Shown here piece after piece: positions 41,131 through 54,560 of a stretch of 64,000 bases of DNA (position 1 is its first letter; each line of letters opens with the position of its first letter). The notes beneath the pieces are model-generated. The model was given only the letters and a program-made list of their open reading frames with translations. It searched no databases and was not told where the DNA came from. The position numbers and the translations under genes are program-made. The stretch is taken from assembly GCF_001194135.2 (NCBI RefSeq), contig NC_068995.1, positions 7,883,080 through 7,947,079 on the forward strand, read 5' to 3'. This DNA comes from Octopus bimaculoides (taxonomy: Eukaryota).

Positions 41131-41270
41131 GAGCGGTGCTGAAAAGTTCCTCGGTGGAGCCACAAATTCTGAGTTCTTTCACAAGGTTTAGAAAAAATGA
41201 AGAACTGCTGCAATAAGTGTGATCATCCTGTATTTCCTTTCACACAAATCCAGGAACTTTTCATTCCCAT
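41131..41270. mobile_element. Mariner-derived MITE remnant
   Basis: Inverted ends ggtgctgaaaagttcct ... caggaacttttca, enclosing gaagaactgctgcaataagtgtg. Confidence 0.65.
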
Positions 41271-41272
41271 TT

Positions 41273-41309
<37 letters not shown>

Positions 41310-41311
<2 letters not shown>

Positions 41312-41465
41312 GTGGCTGTGTGGTAAGTTGCTTGCCTACCAACCACATGGTTCCAGGTCCAGTCCCACTGCGTGGCATCTTGGGCAAGTGTCTTCTACTA
41401 TAGCCTCGGGCCGACCAGTAACTTGTGAGTGGATTTGGTAGACGGAAACTAAAAGAAGCTCGTCG

Positions 41466-41496
<31 letters not shown>

Positions 41497-41720
41497 GCGA
41501 GTATATGTTTGTGTGTCTGCGTTTGTTTCCCCCCCCCCCCAACATCGCTTGACAACCGATGCTGGTGTGTTTACGTCCCCATAACTTAGCGGTTCGGCAA
41601 AGCAGACCCGATAGAATAAGTACTAAGCTTACAAAGAATAACTCCTGAGGTCGATTTGCTCGACGAAAAGGCGGTGCTCCAGCATGACTGCATTCAAATG
41701 ACTGAAACTAGTAAGAGAGT
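41310..41720 (+). mobile_element. SINE family 2, full length (about 400 bp)
   Basis: gagtggctgtgtggtaag head, cttgggcaagtgtcttc core, internal (TA/TG)n and gcggtgctccagcatg...gactgaaac tail. Confidence 0.9.
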
Positions 41721-42532
41721 ACATATGCATACATATATGATCCAGTTGATACAATCGGAAAGAGGCTTGTGAAAAGTGACATGCAAGTGACTGAGCATCC
41801 CACAGACACTTTTGCACTTAACTTAATTGTGAGGCACATTCAAACTGAAACTGCGAATGTGACAGGACTGGCCCATTGAACTGCCGATGAAAGTCATTTT
41901 ACCTGCTGACAGGACTGGAGCAACGTAAAATAAAATACCGTGCTCATAGACAGTTCGCACCGTCAGAAATCGAACTCTTGACTTTAAAATCTCCAGCCAA
42001 ATGCACTAACTACTAAACTACACCTCCACACAATTTCCCTCTCTCTCTATCTCTTTCTTTCTTTATATCTCTCTCTCTTAAGCACACACACACAGGGATA
42101 TATGGATACACATGCGTGGGTGCGGAACTAATATTTTTAAATATAAGCGCGTGCGCGCGCGCGCGTGTGTGTGTGTGTGTGTGTGNNNNNNNNNNNNNNN
42201 NNNNNNNNNNNNNNNNNNNNNNNNNNNNNNNNNNNNNNNNNNNNNNNNNNNNNNNNNNNNNNNNNNNNNNNNNNNNNNNNNNNNNNNNNNNNNNNNNNNN
42301 NNNNNNNNNNNNNNNNNNNNNNNNNNNNNNNNNNNNNNNNNNNNNNNNNNNNNNNNNNNNNNNNNNNNNNNNNNNNNNNNNNNNNNNNNNNNNNNNNNNN
42401 NNNNNNNNNNNNNNNNNNNNNNNNNNNNNNNNNNNNNNNNNNNNNNNNNNNNNNNNNNNNNNNNNNNNNNNNNNNNNNNNNNNNNNNNNNNNNNNNNNNN
42501 NNNNNNNNNNNNNNNNNNNNNNNNNNNNNNNN

Positions 42533-42578
<46 letters not shown>

Positions 42579-43419
42579 TACGTGGTGAATTTATGGAAAG
42601 AAACCCCATAAAACTCAGCAATTTAGTTAAGAATGGAGAAGACAAGTTAATATATCGTTTCGTACAGAGATATACAAATTCATGCTTTAATTGAATTAAA
42701 TTAAATTAAATTAAATTAATTAATTAATTATATATCAATCTACTCTTCAGTGCAGGAAGTATAAACAAAATCTTTACAATGAACTCGAGAAAGGAAAAAG
42801 CATAAGAATAGAATCTAGGAGATACATATTTCATATATGTGTATCTCTGTGTGTGTATAAAGAAATATATATACATACATACATACGTGTGTGTGTGTTC
42901 TTTTATTCTTTTATTTTTCAGTCTTAAGGCTGTGACCATGCTGGGGTACTAGGAAACGAGAGTTGAATTTGTTTGCAAAAGATTCGTTCGCCATTTAAAT
43001 CTCCCTACTCAAGAGTGAAATGTGTAGAACATTGCTCCGGAAATGGTTTTGGTGGATGCTGTATGTTATGCTGTAGATTATGTTGATAATGATTTTGATG
43101 ATGATGATGATATGGAAATGACAGGGAATATCGGGAAAATCATCATTTCTGCCATGTTGGCGACGACGATGATGTGAGTAGGGGTGTTGAGTGAAGATGT
43201 GAAGAGATAGGGCTGGAGGATTTTAAGAGAGAGAGAGAGAGGGGGGAGAGAATGACGGGAAGCGAGTGGATGAAAGTTTGGAAGATAGTAGGAGTGAGAG
43301 AAGATGAGAGATAGTCAGAGGATGGGGCGAACGCTGATTTTGGTGTGAGAGATTTAAATTTACTCTTGGAACGATGAATAAATGTTGAAAAAAACAGCCC
43401 CCCCCACACACACACACAT

Positions 43420-43476
<57 letters not shown>

Positions 43477-44174
43477 NNNNNNNNNNNNNNNNNNNNNNNN
43501 NNNNNNNNNNNNNNNNNNNNNNNNNNNNNNNNNNNNNNNNNNNNATTTTCTTAATGAATTCTAAATAAAAGTGTGAAATATTCTGGAAAAGCATCGGATA
43601 TGGCAGATTAATAATTTGGTAGATACGGGTGCCAGAGGCATTTATCCAGGAATTTCACTGAATCTCTACCGTTCCACGTAAGAGAATTCTTAGTCAATGA
43701 CACCTTATATTTAACCGTTTTGTTTAGAATTTAAAAAATTTATTTTTGTAGAAGATTTTAGTTTTTATTGGAGAGAGAGTGTGTGTAATATTCTTTGAAA
43801 AAATCTCCTCATTTCTTCAAGCAAGAGATTACAACGGAAGAATAATTTCTAAAGCACAAAATTTTGAAGATTATCTGTGCGTTGTTGCTCTTTTTTTTTT
43901 TTTTTTTCGGTGCAAATTACCGTATATTTGGTTGTTCTTTTGTTGTTATTGTTGTAGTTGTTGATGCTGCTGTCAGTTCTGACCAAGAATATGAATTCCA
44001 ACTATGGCCATCACTTCATTATATCTTTTTATTTGTCTTTTTTTAAACACAAGTCTATCTAAGATTATATTCATTTAAAATGGCCGATCTGTTGCCCTAT
44101 GGGAATCGAATTTCAAATATTATTTCTGGAAGATACCGAACTTGTCCATTATAAATTTCCTTTTATTTCTTCTT

Positions 44175-44335
44175 AGAGACATGCGTAGCTGTGCGGTATG
44201 AGGTTTACTTCACAGCCACATGGTTTAGGGTGCAGTTCCACAGAGTGGTGTTTTGAGCAACTGCCTTCGACTTCAGCCTCAGGACAAGAGGCTGTAGTAG
44301 AAGACACTTGTGAACGGATTTGCTAGACGCAAACT
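44175..44335 (+). mobile_element. SINE family 2, diverged 5' part
   Basis: gtagctgtgcggt...cacatggtt...cagttccac...agcctcagg...ggatttgctagacgcaaactg. Confidence 0.6.
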
Positions 44336-44497
44336 GTTCGGAGATAACTAAGTTTTATGAATTTCTGCTATCTTTCTTCCTCGTTTCGACAAGTGTGTAA
44401 TAATAATAGTGAAGATATTTATCGTGGTTCGACGATTTAGCGACTATTTTCAGCTTATAGGCAAAGAAAACTTTTCTACGATCTTATTTATAAATGC

Positions 44498-44543
<46 letters not shown>

Positions 44544-44859
44544 NNNNNNNNNNATATATATATATATATATATACGTGTGTGTGTGTGTGTGTGTGTTTA
44601 TTCTCCACTGGCGCTTGTGAATTTACATACCCGTAACTTAGCATTTCGGCAATAGCAACAGATAAAAGAAATACAAGGCTTAATATGAATAAGTTGTGGA
44701 CTCCATTCATTTGACTAAAATCTAATCAAATCGATGCCCCCAACATGCCTTAGCATGACCTAAAAAATTAGAAGCCTTGTGCCTATAATAGAAAGGGTTA
44801 GAATAATATAATATATTTACACAAATATAAATATGTGCAACATTCTCATTCTCTTTTGT

Positions 44860-45060
44860 TTGTTTTTTTCTGATGTATGACCTCCATCCAAACCGTTAAG
44901 ATTCTTTCCACTTTTTATAGTCTTTACACCAATTCTTTTCTTAAGACTTGTCCAACTTGTGCTGTCTTCATTTTGTGCTCTTTGCCTTCTTATGTATATA
45001 TTCCTTTTGTTACGCTTGGTCAAGGACGGATGGACCATAATGACTTCTATATTTGCTCTC
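44860..45060 (-). mobile_element. Possible highly decayed RTE fragment
   Basis: SWTSLKKRIGVKTIK...LNGLDGGH loosely recalls the RTE segment ending in WAGH. Confidence 0.3.
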
Positions 45061-46819
45061 AACTATATAACCATTTAAAATAATTAGAGAAAACTTGACT
45101 CAAGCAGCCAGGCCATATTTGTTTGCCATTGACGTCTAGAGTCTTATTTTGGATGGAAGCACCAATAATGTGGCTAAGAAATTGTAATTTTCATTGTGTT
45201 TGCTCATTCTAGTGAATTAAATTCTAAAAATAATACAAATTTGACCAACTTATAATAATTTAGTCCATTAGCATTTTAATTATATTGTTATAGACTCCGA
45301 CATCAATTTCATTCGTATAAATTAATTACATTTACAAGATGGAATTTGCAGAGAACTGAATATTCTCTAACAGTCTCACGACTACATAACACCTAGATTT
45401 TAATTAACAATTGAGATTTTGTCTACTTAGTATCTTTGTTTAAATATCTAAGTCTTTCTCCAGCTTTTGGAGAAAAGATATAATCGTGTTACTTATAAGC
45501 TACTTGTAAGACACAGGCGCAAACACAGCGATATATAAACATATACTTGCTCACATGTGCACATACACTCCTACCTTTATCTCAATCTTTCTCTTTCTAT
45601 TCTCTTTCTATTTCTATTACTAGTTTGTATTTTCCCGTCTATCTGGCTTCAGACAAGTGAATAAATATCAAATGCAACCGAGGTAAACATATTTCCTACA
45701 CTGACATCCTATACAGAACTTCAACTTTAAACATTTACGTATTGAGTACATTTCAACGGTAATTTTTGCTCTCTACGTGTCGCTCGTATACATTCACACA
45801 CGGACAGGCAGACCCATATAGAAATGTGTACTTACAGACATATGTATATATGTCGAAATTCTATCGTTCGCCTAAATTCGTTAGCCTTACTGCATCATAT
45901 GCTTTTTAGCATTTCTCATTTACACGAAATAATTTTTCAGGCCGTTTACCGCAGTCTGCGGCGTTATAAAAAAAAACACTCATCCATGTAAGCTTGGATG
46001 TGCTAATTAATATTTGTGACACAGGCTGATTCTCTCGCTGATAACTAATTTATATAGAGTCCGCAAGCTCCTCGCGCCATTTGTGACTGCTTGGACAGTA
46101 TCATTATATATAGGTTTGACTGATTTACTGAATATCATTCGACTTTTGGCTTCCTACTCTTGATGATCCGCAATACGATGAAATCAGGAGATACAATTAC
46201 ACCATCCATCATTGTTGACGGAAATGAGTCGACCGATAGAGTTTTCTTGCTTTTAATAGTTGTCTTCTAAAACAATTATTCATTCTAAGTATATGTATCT
46301 GCGCGTGTGTGTATTTAGAGAGTTTACCCCAAGAGAGTTAACGCAAAATGTCACCATTTGTAACATGAGTGAAAAGCTTTAACCTATTAGAAAAATATAA
46401 AATAAACGATGATGAAACCTACTATCAAATTGCGTTTATATAATGGTAGTTCATAGATTAATGGTTTAAAACATCAATTTTAACGTTTCAGAAAGCATTT
46501 AGACTCAACACCTAAATTATTCAAATTATTTCTAAGCATTTTTACGGGAATAAAATGTGACAATTATGGCAAGTAAAAAGTGTATAGCAGATAACAGAAA
46601 AACTGTTTTGCATTTTCCTCGGGACGAAAATTCACAGTTGTAACGATTAACCAATTCCGTTGGAGCAATTATAATACTAACTCTATAAAAGGCAGATTTC
46701 ACGCCATCTTTTATTATCTCTACTTTCTAGTATTATTTCCTGGAGCAAATGGTTTTTTATTTATTTATTTAAATATTATAGAGTATTGCATGGAATAACG
46801 TCCGCTGTATTTTTATTTG

Positions 46820-47160
46820 ATAATGCTAAGCCGCCATGGTGTGATTCGTCGAACGGAACGAACCCAATACTTATACTCAATTCTAACACTTATTCTATCT
46901 GTCACTTTTGCTGAACCGTTATGCGACGTGGACGTAAACCCATCATCGCCGGTTGTCAAGTGGTGGTATAAGAGCATTACAAAGCCATGTGTCTCATACA
47001 TTTATCTAGTCGGTGGAATTTCACTCGGTTTCAATCAACCAAATTTACTCTCAAAGCATTGGTCGAACCGAAACTTTAGTAGAAGGCATTTGAGCGCGGT
47101 GTCGTGCAGTGGGACTGAAACATAAACAACGAGGTTGCAAAAGGAGTTTCGTAACCACAC
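46820..47160 (-). mobile_element. SINE family 2 copy, diverged
   Basis: ttttgctgaaccg, caaatttactctcaaagc and gcagtgggactgaaac match the reverse complement of family 2. Confidence 0.75.
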
Positions 47161-47464
47161 ATCCATGACAACGATAATTATTGTTATCAAAATTTCAAAA
47201 ATAATATGGGAATATAAATAATGAAATCATATTAGTCATTGAAGCAGCATCAGACGAGTTTCTCTCACTGATAAGACAATGCTCCGTATATACTTTAATC
47301 CCGATCAAGACAATTCTTTTATTTATTCATGTATTAATTTAGTTATTTTGGAAAATGCTTTCCAAATACGAGTACCATGCCTAATTTAAGTATTTCGTTT
47401 CTAGAAAGTAATAACTATTCCTCCAAACAAGTAGCCCCATCGATATTGCCATTTTCACATTCAC

Positions 47465-47479
47465 CTCCCTTGTCAGCAT
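47465..47479 (-). CDS. Candidate 15-nt micro-exon
   Basis: ctaccccattcag|ATGCTGACAAGGGAG|gtgaat. Phase 1-1, reads (D)ADKG. About 64 nt of AG-free sequence upstream. Confidence 0.35.
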
Positions 47480-48199
47480 CTGAATGGGGTAGCGATAGTT
47501 TGCAGATAAAACAACCAACGTTATTTTATCAAAAAAGAATCAGCCTAATTTAAATGTATAATTTTCCCCTTTCACATTCGAACAACCAAAATCAATCCTC
47601 TATTCTTTGTCTTCGTGTGTTTCTATTGGCAATACATTGTACAGTTTGTACGTTTTGCACATCATAAAATGCATGCATAAATTTATGATTCTTTACTCTC
47701 GATTTTAAATTCTGCTCTCAACCGACACTAGAGGCACCAAGGAATAATCTTTGTTTACGAGTGTGTGTGTGTGTGTGTGTGTGTGTGGATAGACAGATAG
47801 ATATATATACGTGTGTGTGTTATCTTTTGGCACGAATATAGTTACGCAGGGAACCATTTAAAACGGTGTAGTAGGTTAGCTCAATGTTCGTATTGCAATT
47901 TCACCCTTTATACATGCAAGTCTAATATATATAATCATTCTGAAATGAGGAAATTAATATTTAATATCGATATGATGCAAGACCTCATTACGAAGGCATA
48001 ACATGGTTGAGATAGGTGTTTCTCTTTTCTTTTTTTCTTTAATCTGGTAACAGAATTTCTTAGCTAACAATAAAAATGGGAATAACTTTTCTAAATCTCT
48101 ATTCATGCACACATCCAGATATATACACTTAGAGAGATGCATATACATACATTTATTAATAATCACTCCCTCTCTCACAGCGCACACATACATACACAA

Positions 48200-48238
<39 letters not shown>

Positions 48239-48361
48239 TGCCTGTGTGTGTATGTGCATGTGTCTTGACACGTACTGCTTCCATGAAGCTTCAAAGCTGA
48301 CTTGTAAGATTGCAGTTTGTTTTAACGGGGAAATTTTGAAGTAAACATTCTCTATTAATAC

Positions 48362-48570
48362 TGGCTTGAAATTTTGGCACAAGGCCAGAAAATTCTGAGG
48401 AGCGGTTACGTCGATTAAATTGATCCCAATGCTCAAGTAGTACTTATTTTATCGACCCCGAAACGATTAAAGGCAAAGTCGACATTTGAAGAATTTGAAC
48501 TCAGAACGTAAAGACAGATGAAATGCCTGTAAGCATTTCGAGCGGGGTGCTAATGAGCCTGCTCTCTCAC
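48362..48570 (-). mobile_element. SINE family 1 copy
   Basis: gaaattttggcacaaggccag...ggcaaagtcgac...gaatttgaactcagaacg. Confidence 0.85.
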
Positions 48571-48589
48571 TGCTCTATTTTTGCCCTGA

Positions 48590-48925
48590 GCGCGTAAATG
48601 AAAGCAGGGTATGGTAGTTGCTTTTCTTTTTTTATTTTGTTTTTGGCTATTTCTCTGTGTGTTTGCAAAATTACTGGCGAACGGCTGGATGAATTTTCAC
48701 CAAATTTTCCAGAAATATTCATTGAGTGTGTGGTTCGAACTCATTAAATTTTGGTTTGGTGAATCAATATTTTACTTCGTTACGTATGCTTAAACAATAA
48801 GCAGGGGAAATAACTCAATGTCATTTTGTTAAAATATGAATTCGTCTGATAACATTAAATTAAATTTTATGTTATTCTTGTGTGCATACAGAGTATGCAT
48901 TACCCCTCCGATGCATTTTTTTTCA
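48590..48925 (+). mobile_element. Possible non-autonomous Helitron/Helentron-like (DINE-type) element
   Basis: tctgtgtgtttgcaaaattactg..gaacggctggatgaattttcaccaaattttc resembles the core of such elements, by recollection only. Confidence 0.35.
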
Positions 48926-48954
48926 TTAATAATTAATATTAACCGTAATTAGGA

Positions 48955-49170
48955 CCGCGAGCTGCCAGAATCGTTAGCACCCCGGTCGAAATACTTAGCG
49001 GCATTTTGGTTGTCTTAATGTTCTGAGTTCAAATTCAACAAAGGTCGACTTTATTTTTCATCCCTTTAGGAGCCGATTACATAAGTAACAGTTCAGTACT
49101 GGCATCGATGTAATCGATTAACATCATCCTACCCACTTGCTAGACATGTGCCAAAATTTCAAACAAATGC
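48955..49170 (+). mobile_element. SINE family 1 copy
   Basis: gagctgccagaatcgttagcac...gagttcaaattc...gtgccaaaatttcaaac. Confidence 0.85.
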
Positions 49171-49272
49171 TAAGTATTATTTCGATTCTACGAAGAGTTA
49201 TTGCGTTTCCCATTCACTGTATTTCATTTGTTTAAGTTTATCTGTTTTATGGACATCTTAAACAAGACGTAG

Positions 49273-49600
49273 GAGTGGCTGTGTGGTAAGTAGCTTGCTT
49301 ACCAACCACATGGTTCCGGGTTCAGTCCCACTGTGTGGCACCGTGGGCAAGTGTCTTCTACTATAGCCTCGGGCCGACCAGAGCCTTGTGAGTGGATTTG
49401 GTAGACGGAAACTGAAAGAAGCCCGTCGTATATATGTATATGTATGTTTGTGTCTGTCCCCCCAACATCGCGGTTCGGCAAAAGAGACCGATAGAATAAG
49501 TACTAGGCTTACAAAGAATAAGTCCTGGGGTCGATTAGCCCGACTAAAATGCAGTGCTCCAGCATGGCCACTGTCAAATGACTGAAACGAGTAAAAGAGT
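49273..49600 (+). mobile_element. SINE family 2 copy
   Basis: Collinear with 41310-41720. Confidence 0.9.
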
Positions 49601-49933
49601 AAGTATATCCATGTGTGTATGTGTGCGTATTTGCATGTATTTATATAGGTCGTATGTATATCAGAAATGAAAATGAATGGAAAACGTCATCCGTCTTCAT
49701 TTGCCGTATTCCTTCACCGCGTTCGATGTGTAGCTAATGTTGCTACAGAGACTAGAGACGCGGAATAACAAATATAATTAAAGAATTGTGATTACGTTAA
49801 TTAATTTTGTGAGTGAATGATAAAATGGGATTAGTAATTTGATATTATTCCCGCAGTGTACACAGCTAACCAAGTACATGCTGGACAACACTACAGAGCT
49901 AATAACCACGATCCACATGATACAAACCCAGTT

Positions 49934-49983
<50 letters not shown>

Positions 49984-50075
49984 TAGATAGATAGATACAT
50001 ATATACATACATACACATGTGTGTGGATGGGTGTTGGGAACATGTATTTATATATATATATAAACACATGTTCCC

Positions 50076-50106
<31 letters not shown>

Positions 50107-50117
50107 TATACGTACTC

Positions 50118-50149
<32 letters not shown>

Positions 50150-50696
50150 CCACACATATACATACAGACATATATCGTACATATATATTTCCTTATATTT
50201 TAGTGTTGCACAAAACCAGGCGACCACAGGCTTTGCTAAAATATCCTACAAAACGTAGACTGTACATTATTTTCAATCATTAAACAATGAAAAGAACAAT
50301 TACAAAAAAAAAAAATAAAGTTGATGTGAAATGAATAAATTTAAATAAATGAATGACTAATTATCAATAAAAATGGCCTTCTTCTTCAAGTCCGAACATG
50401 AAAAGCAACAACACAACAGAAACTATAATTTAAAAGTCTTTCGCTTCTTTTCCGAAGACATCTTATTACTATGTTATTTTAGCTCATGCTTGGAGTGTCT
50501 TAATCTTTCACTCTTTCACTTTGCTGTTTATATTTCTCTCTCTGTCTTTCTCTTTCTGTGTATATATATATATGCCTGTGTCTGTGTGTATTATGCACAC
50601 AAATATATATGTGCGTGCGCTTGTGTGTAGGTGTGTGTGTGTATATTTAAACTCCTGCGTTTATGAACCGAATACCCAAACTACTAAGCCACGCGG

Positions 50697-50731
<35 letters not shown>

Positions 50732-50756
50732 TGTGTGCGAAGTACATTTCTTTATT

Positions 50757-51100
50757 GTTTGACTTGTTTCAGTATTTTGACAGCGGCCATGCTGGACCAC
50801 CGCCTTTAGTCGAACTAATCGACTCCAGGACTTATTCTTTGTAAGCCTAGTACTTATTGTAACGGTCTCTTATGCAGAACCGCGAAGTCATGGGGACGTA
50901 AACACACCAATATCGGTTGTTAAGCGATGATGGGGGCACAAACACAGACACACAAATACACACACATGTATACGACGGGCTTCTTTGTGTTTCTATCTAT
51001 CAAATCCACTCACAATGCTTTGGCCGGCCCGAGGCTACAGTAGATGACACTCACCGAAGGTGCCACGCAGTGGGACTGAACCCGGAACCATGTGGTTGGG
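50757..51100 (-). mobile_element. SINE family 2 copy
   Basis: Reverse complement of family 2: cttgtttcagt...gcggccatgctgg...gggactgaacccggaaccatgtggttgg. Confidence 0.9.
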
Positions 51101-51854
51101 AAATAATGTTGCTGAGCTGTCGCTTTTGTTGTTATTGTTGTTTTAGTGCTTTTGTTATTGTTTAGCTTCTTGTAGGACCTGATCTATCATGGAGTATCAT
51201 TCATGCCTTCTCAATCGTCACATCAATGATAACCCAACGAAGATAAAGTTCACAAAAAGAAGTATTACGCATTGTGTCCATTCACTTCCTTTTTAGTATA
51301 GAATTTGGCTGCTGCATCTAGCGGTTGTCATAAAAACAATGCCCCCACCTGGGACTTCTCTCTTTACTCTTGCTGTTTTTTGTGTGGTGTAGCTATAATT
51401 TTTTGCAGTTGTTGTGTCTAATTTCCGATATTTATTTTCCTGTTGTTTAATTCCAGATCAGTACGGATTTAGAAAAACTATACTCTTGTTATTCTTTTTT
51501 AAACTAGCTTATCGTATTTTTGCTTGTCTTCTAAGTGTTATCTTAATGTTTTCGTAATCCGTAGAAGAAAGCGGTGTAATGATATGAAAGCGATGTATTA
51601 ATTTATCATATTTTAGTAATATTTTCTTTACAAAGTTCTTATATTGATGTTGTTGCTACTATAAGTATTATTGCAGACGTTTTCCATTTCTGCTGTTGTT
51701 GACGTTGGTGCGATTGTTGTTCTTGTCAAATCAAATATAAAACAAATTGTTTCCCCAAAAAAACTACAAAGTATGAATTTACTGCCCACCTCTCACAAAC
51801 ATTACACACATAAAACAGAATGAAACACAAAACATTAAATATATATACATATAT

Positions 51855-51895
<41 letters not shown>

Positions 51896-52470
51896 TATTA
51901 TAAAAACATTAAGGAGAACATGCGTTGTGAACATTATGAAAAATAAGAGGAAGATAATGTTTACATTTTTTATCAAAATATGCTACCGATTCCAATTGCT
52001 TCAGCCCATTTAATCATGTCATTATAAAAAAGAAAAATAAATTAATATGATATATATTTCATTATATATATATATATTTTCAAACTTGATATGTTTTACT
52101 TAGAAAATTAAAATGGAGCTGATAAAAATGTGAATATTCTCTTTCATTTTATTCATGACAAAAATTCTCAAAGCAATTTCTCCTTTTATTTTTAATACAA
52201 ATTTACTCAATAAAACCTGTTATATCTATGTATGTATATATATATATATGTATACATATATATACATGCATATATATATATATAGAAATACATATATATA
52301 CATATAAATACATATATATATACATACATTTATATATATATATGTATATGTATATATACATAAATATACGCTTGTGGATATATAAGTATGAAGAAAATCA
52401 TGAACCAATCAATGCTGTCCATAACCTTGCAGAATATATCCGTGCTGTGCGTGATATACGGAATACTGAC

Positions 52471-52578
52471 CGCCTCGATCTCCTTTGGGACCACGTTCAC
52501 CCGTTTCGCCTTTCGATCCTTTTTCTCCCTTTTGGCCCGGATATCCTGGCTGGCCTCGAGGTCCAGTGAGACCATAGC
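52471..52578 (-). CDS. Collagen triple-helix exon (108 nt, phase 1-1) of a collagen-domain protein
   Basis: Translates (G)[35 protein letters not shown], 11 uninterrupted Gly-X-Y triplets. Acceptor ctactcag|GC, donor GGCG|gtcagt. 108 nt is 2 x 54, a classic collagen exon size. Confidence 0.92.
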
Positions 52579-52580
52579 CT

Positions 52581-52774
52581 GAGTAGATTAGTTGATAGTT
52601 GGTGAGTTCGTACGCGGATGTGATGGTTCGGAGCAGGTGGAGAAGTTGGAGAGAGTGACGAAACAAAAAAAAAACAGAAGCGGGAAGAGAAGAAAGAGAA
52701 AACATGCGTTTGTTAGTAAGTTAGTAGCAATGGAAAGAATATTTATATATATACATACAAATATTATATATATG
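52581..52774 (-). promoter_or_regulatory. Distal branch points, polypyrimidine tract and AG-exclusion zone of the collagen exon
   Basis: GTTAGTA (reverse complement TACTAAC) at 52712-52718 and 52720-52726. Purine run on + (pyrimidine tract on -) at about 52640-52700. No CT on + between 52581 and 52774. Confidence 0.7.
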
Positions 52775-53662
52775 CTGTTAACGCAATTCACATACATGAA
52801 TAATTTATTGCTATAAAATAATTTTTATAATTATTCAATGTTAGATAATATATATTCACACACACACACACACAAGTTTGTGTCTGTATGATGATACATA
52901 TACATGTAAACATGCTGTTAATATAATACACACACACACAGGGACTTTAAGATATACGAAAATAATTTTAGACAATTGTAGAACTTTATTAAAATATGCA
53001 AAGCCAATTTAAAGGTAGAATGATGTATTATCTTGAACTAATTAACGTTTAACTGAGTGGGTTTCCCCCCCCCCCCGAATAGTTAGTCATTCAGTTAATG
53101 TTTTTCTAATGAGATATATTAGACAAAATCGTTTTGATTTGCCTCAAATACGATTCCCTGACTGGATTCATTCTTGCACTTTTGTATAAAATCATATTTT
53201 TGTATAATTCTTCCTAAGTTTCCTGACGTGTCTATATTTTTGTTAATCGGTTGGATATAATTATAGAAATGTTTAATCGTTATTATTAAAAGATCAAATA
53301 AATGCGTATGTGCGGAGGCTTTCTTAAAGGGGCGCTACAATTAAACATATGCCTAATAAAAACCAACGAAGAAATATTGTTATATTTTTAAGAGATGTTA
53401 TAGACCATAATGACCGCTTCTCTTCTCATTGCCAAAGTTACAACTAATGATTAATTATACGACAGACGAACCACCTGCCGTTGTCAAATAGTTCGGTCAC
53501 TTGATTGACGTTAGCAAGTTTTGGGGAAGTATTAATGATTATTGAATCGTGTTCACTTATAGACGATACATACGTGTGCATATAGGGCAGCTGTTAACGT
53601 CTCGAGTAGACAGAATGTAAATGAAACTGGAACAATCTAAGGCCTACATCAGCCATTCTATA

Positions 53663-54560
53663 TACTGGATCGTACCATAAATATTGCAGTATTTTATTAT
53701 TCTTCAAAACTAAAGTAAACAAAGTTCTTTTTTTAATCTAAAATATACTCTTCTTCATTTTCTACAATGTTCCTCCATCTATCTAGTAGACGTGGAAGAC
53801 CTCTCTTCCAAAATTCACTTGTCTGTACCGAAAAATACTCCTCCAGTACTGTTCTGGCCTCGAGAACAGAATTCATATTTTTTCCGTCCAAATGATTTTG
53901 AAGACTGCGGAATAAATGATAATCAGATGGGGAGATGTCCGGCGAATATGGTGGATGGGGCATCATTTCCCATTCAAACTGCTCCAGCCTTTGGAATGTC
54001 ATCCTCGCTGTATGTAGTCGAGCACTATCCTGAAGAACAATATTCGTCTTGAATCCAAAGATGGACGTTTTTCTTCTGGGGTAGGTGTCAATGAATAGTG
54101 GCACGACCAAATCGAAGCTTCTCTGCTAGTTCCTCAACAGTTACAATGGGATTTTGTTCCACCAGGGTTTGCAGGACGTCCTTGTCGAGCTCTACATATC
54201 TTCGAGAACGAGGCTCGTCTTCTAGGCTGTAGTTTGCGGCTCCGAATTTCTGGAACCACCGTTGAAATTGGTTTCCGCTTACTGTCCGATCTCTATATAG
54301 TGCATTAATATTCCTCGCACTTTCCGTTTCGTTGTTGCTTTTATTGAAGTCATAAAGCAAACTATGCCGAATATGCTCCTTTGTCACTTCCATAGCCTTG
54401 AAAAACTAACTATTACAATTGAACTGCACTCTTTAAACTTTGCACTAAGAATAAGGACAAAGTAAAATTACTACCTGCTTTTATAGCAAATTGATGCGCG
54501 TAGTTTATACTTTCCCACTCCGACTTTTAGCTCATACAATCTTTTACCTACAAAACGGTA
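53663..54560 (-). mobile_element. Mariner (DD34D) transposon remnant, internally deleted
   Basis: N-terminal HTH (MEVTKEHIRH..LLYDF..QRWFQKF..SLEDEPRS) at 54088-54393; C-terminal QDSARLH..HPPYSPDISPSDYHLF..RW at 53733-54110. TIR-like tactggatcgtaccataa at 53663. Confidence 0.92.

Noticed and set aside
52388-52582. Plus-strand ORFs overlapping the collagen exon
   Set aside because: Antisense shadows of the Gly-X-Y exon.
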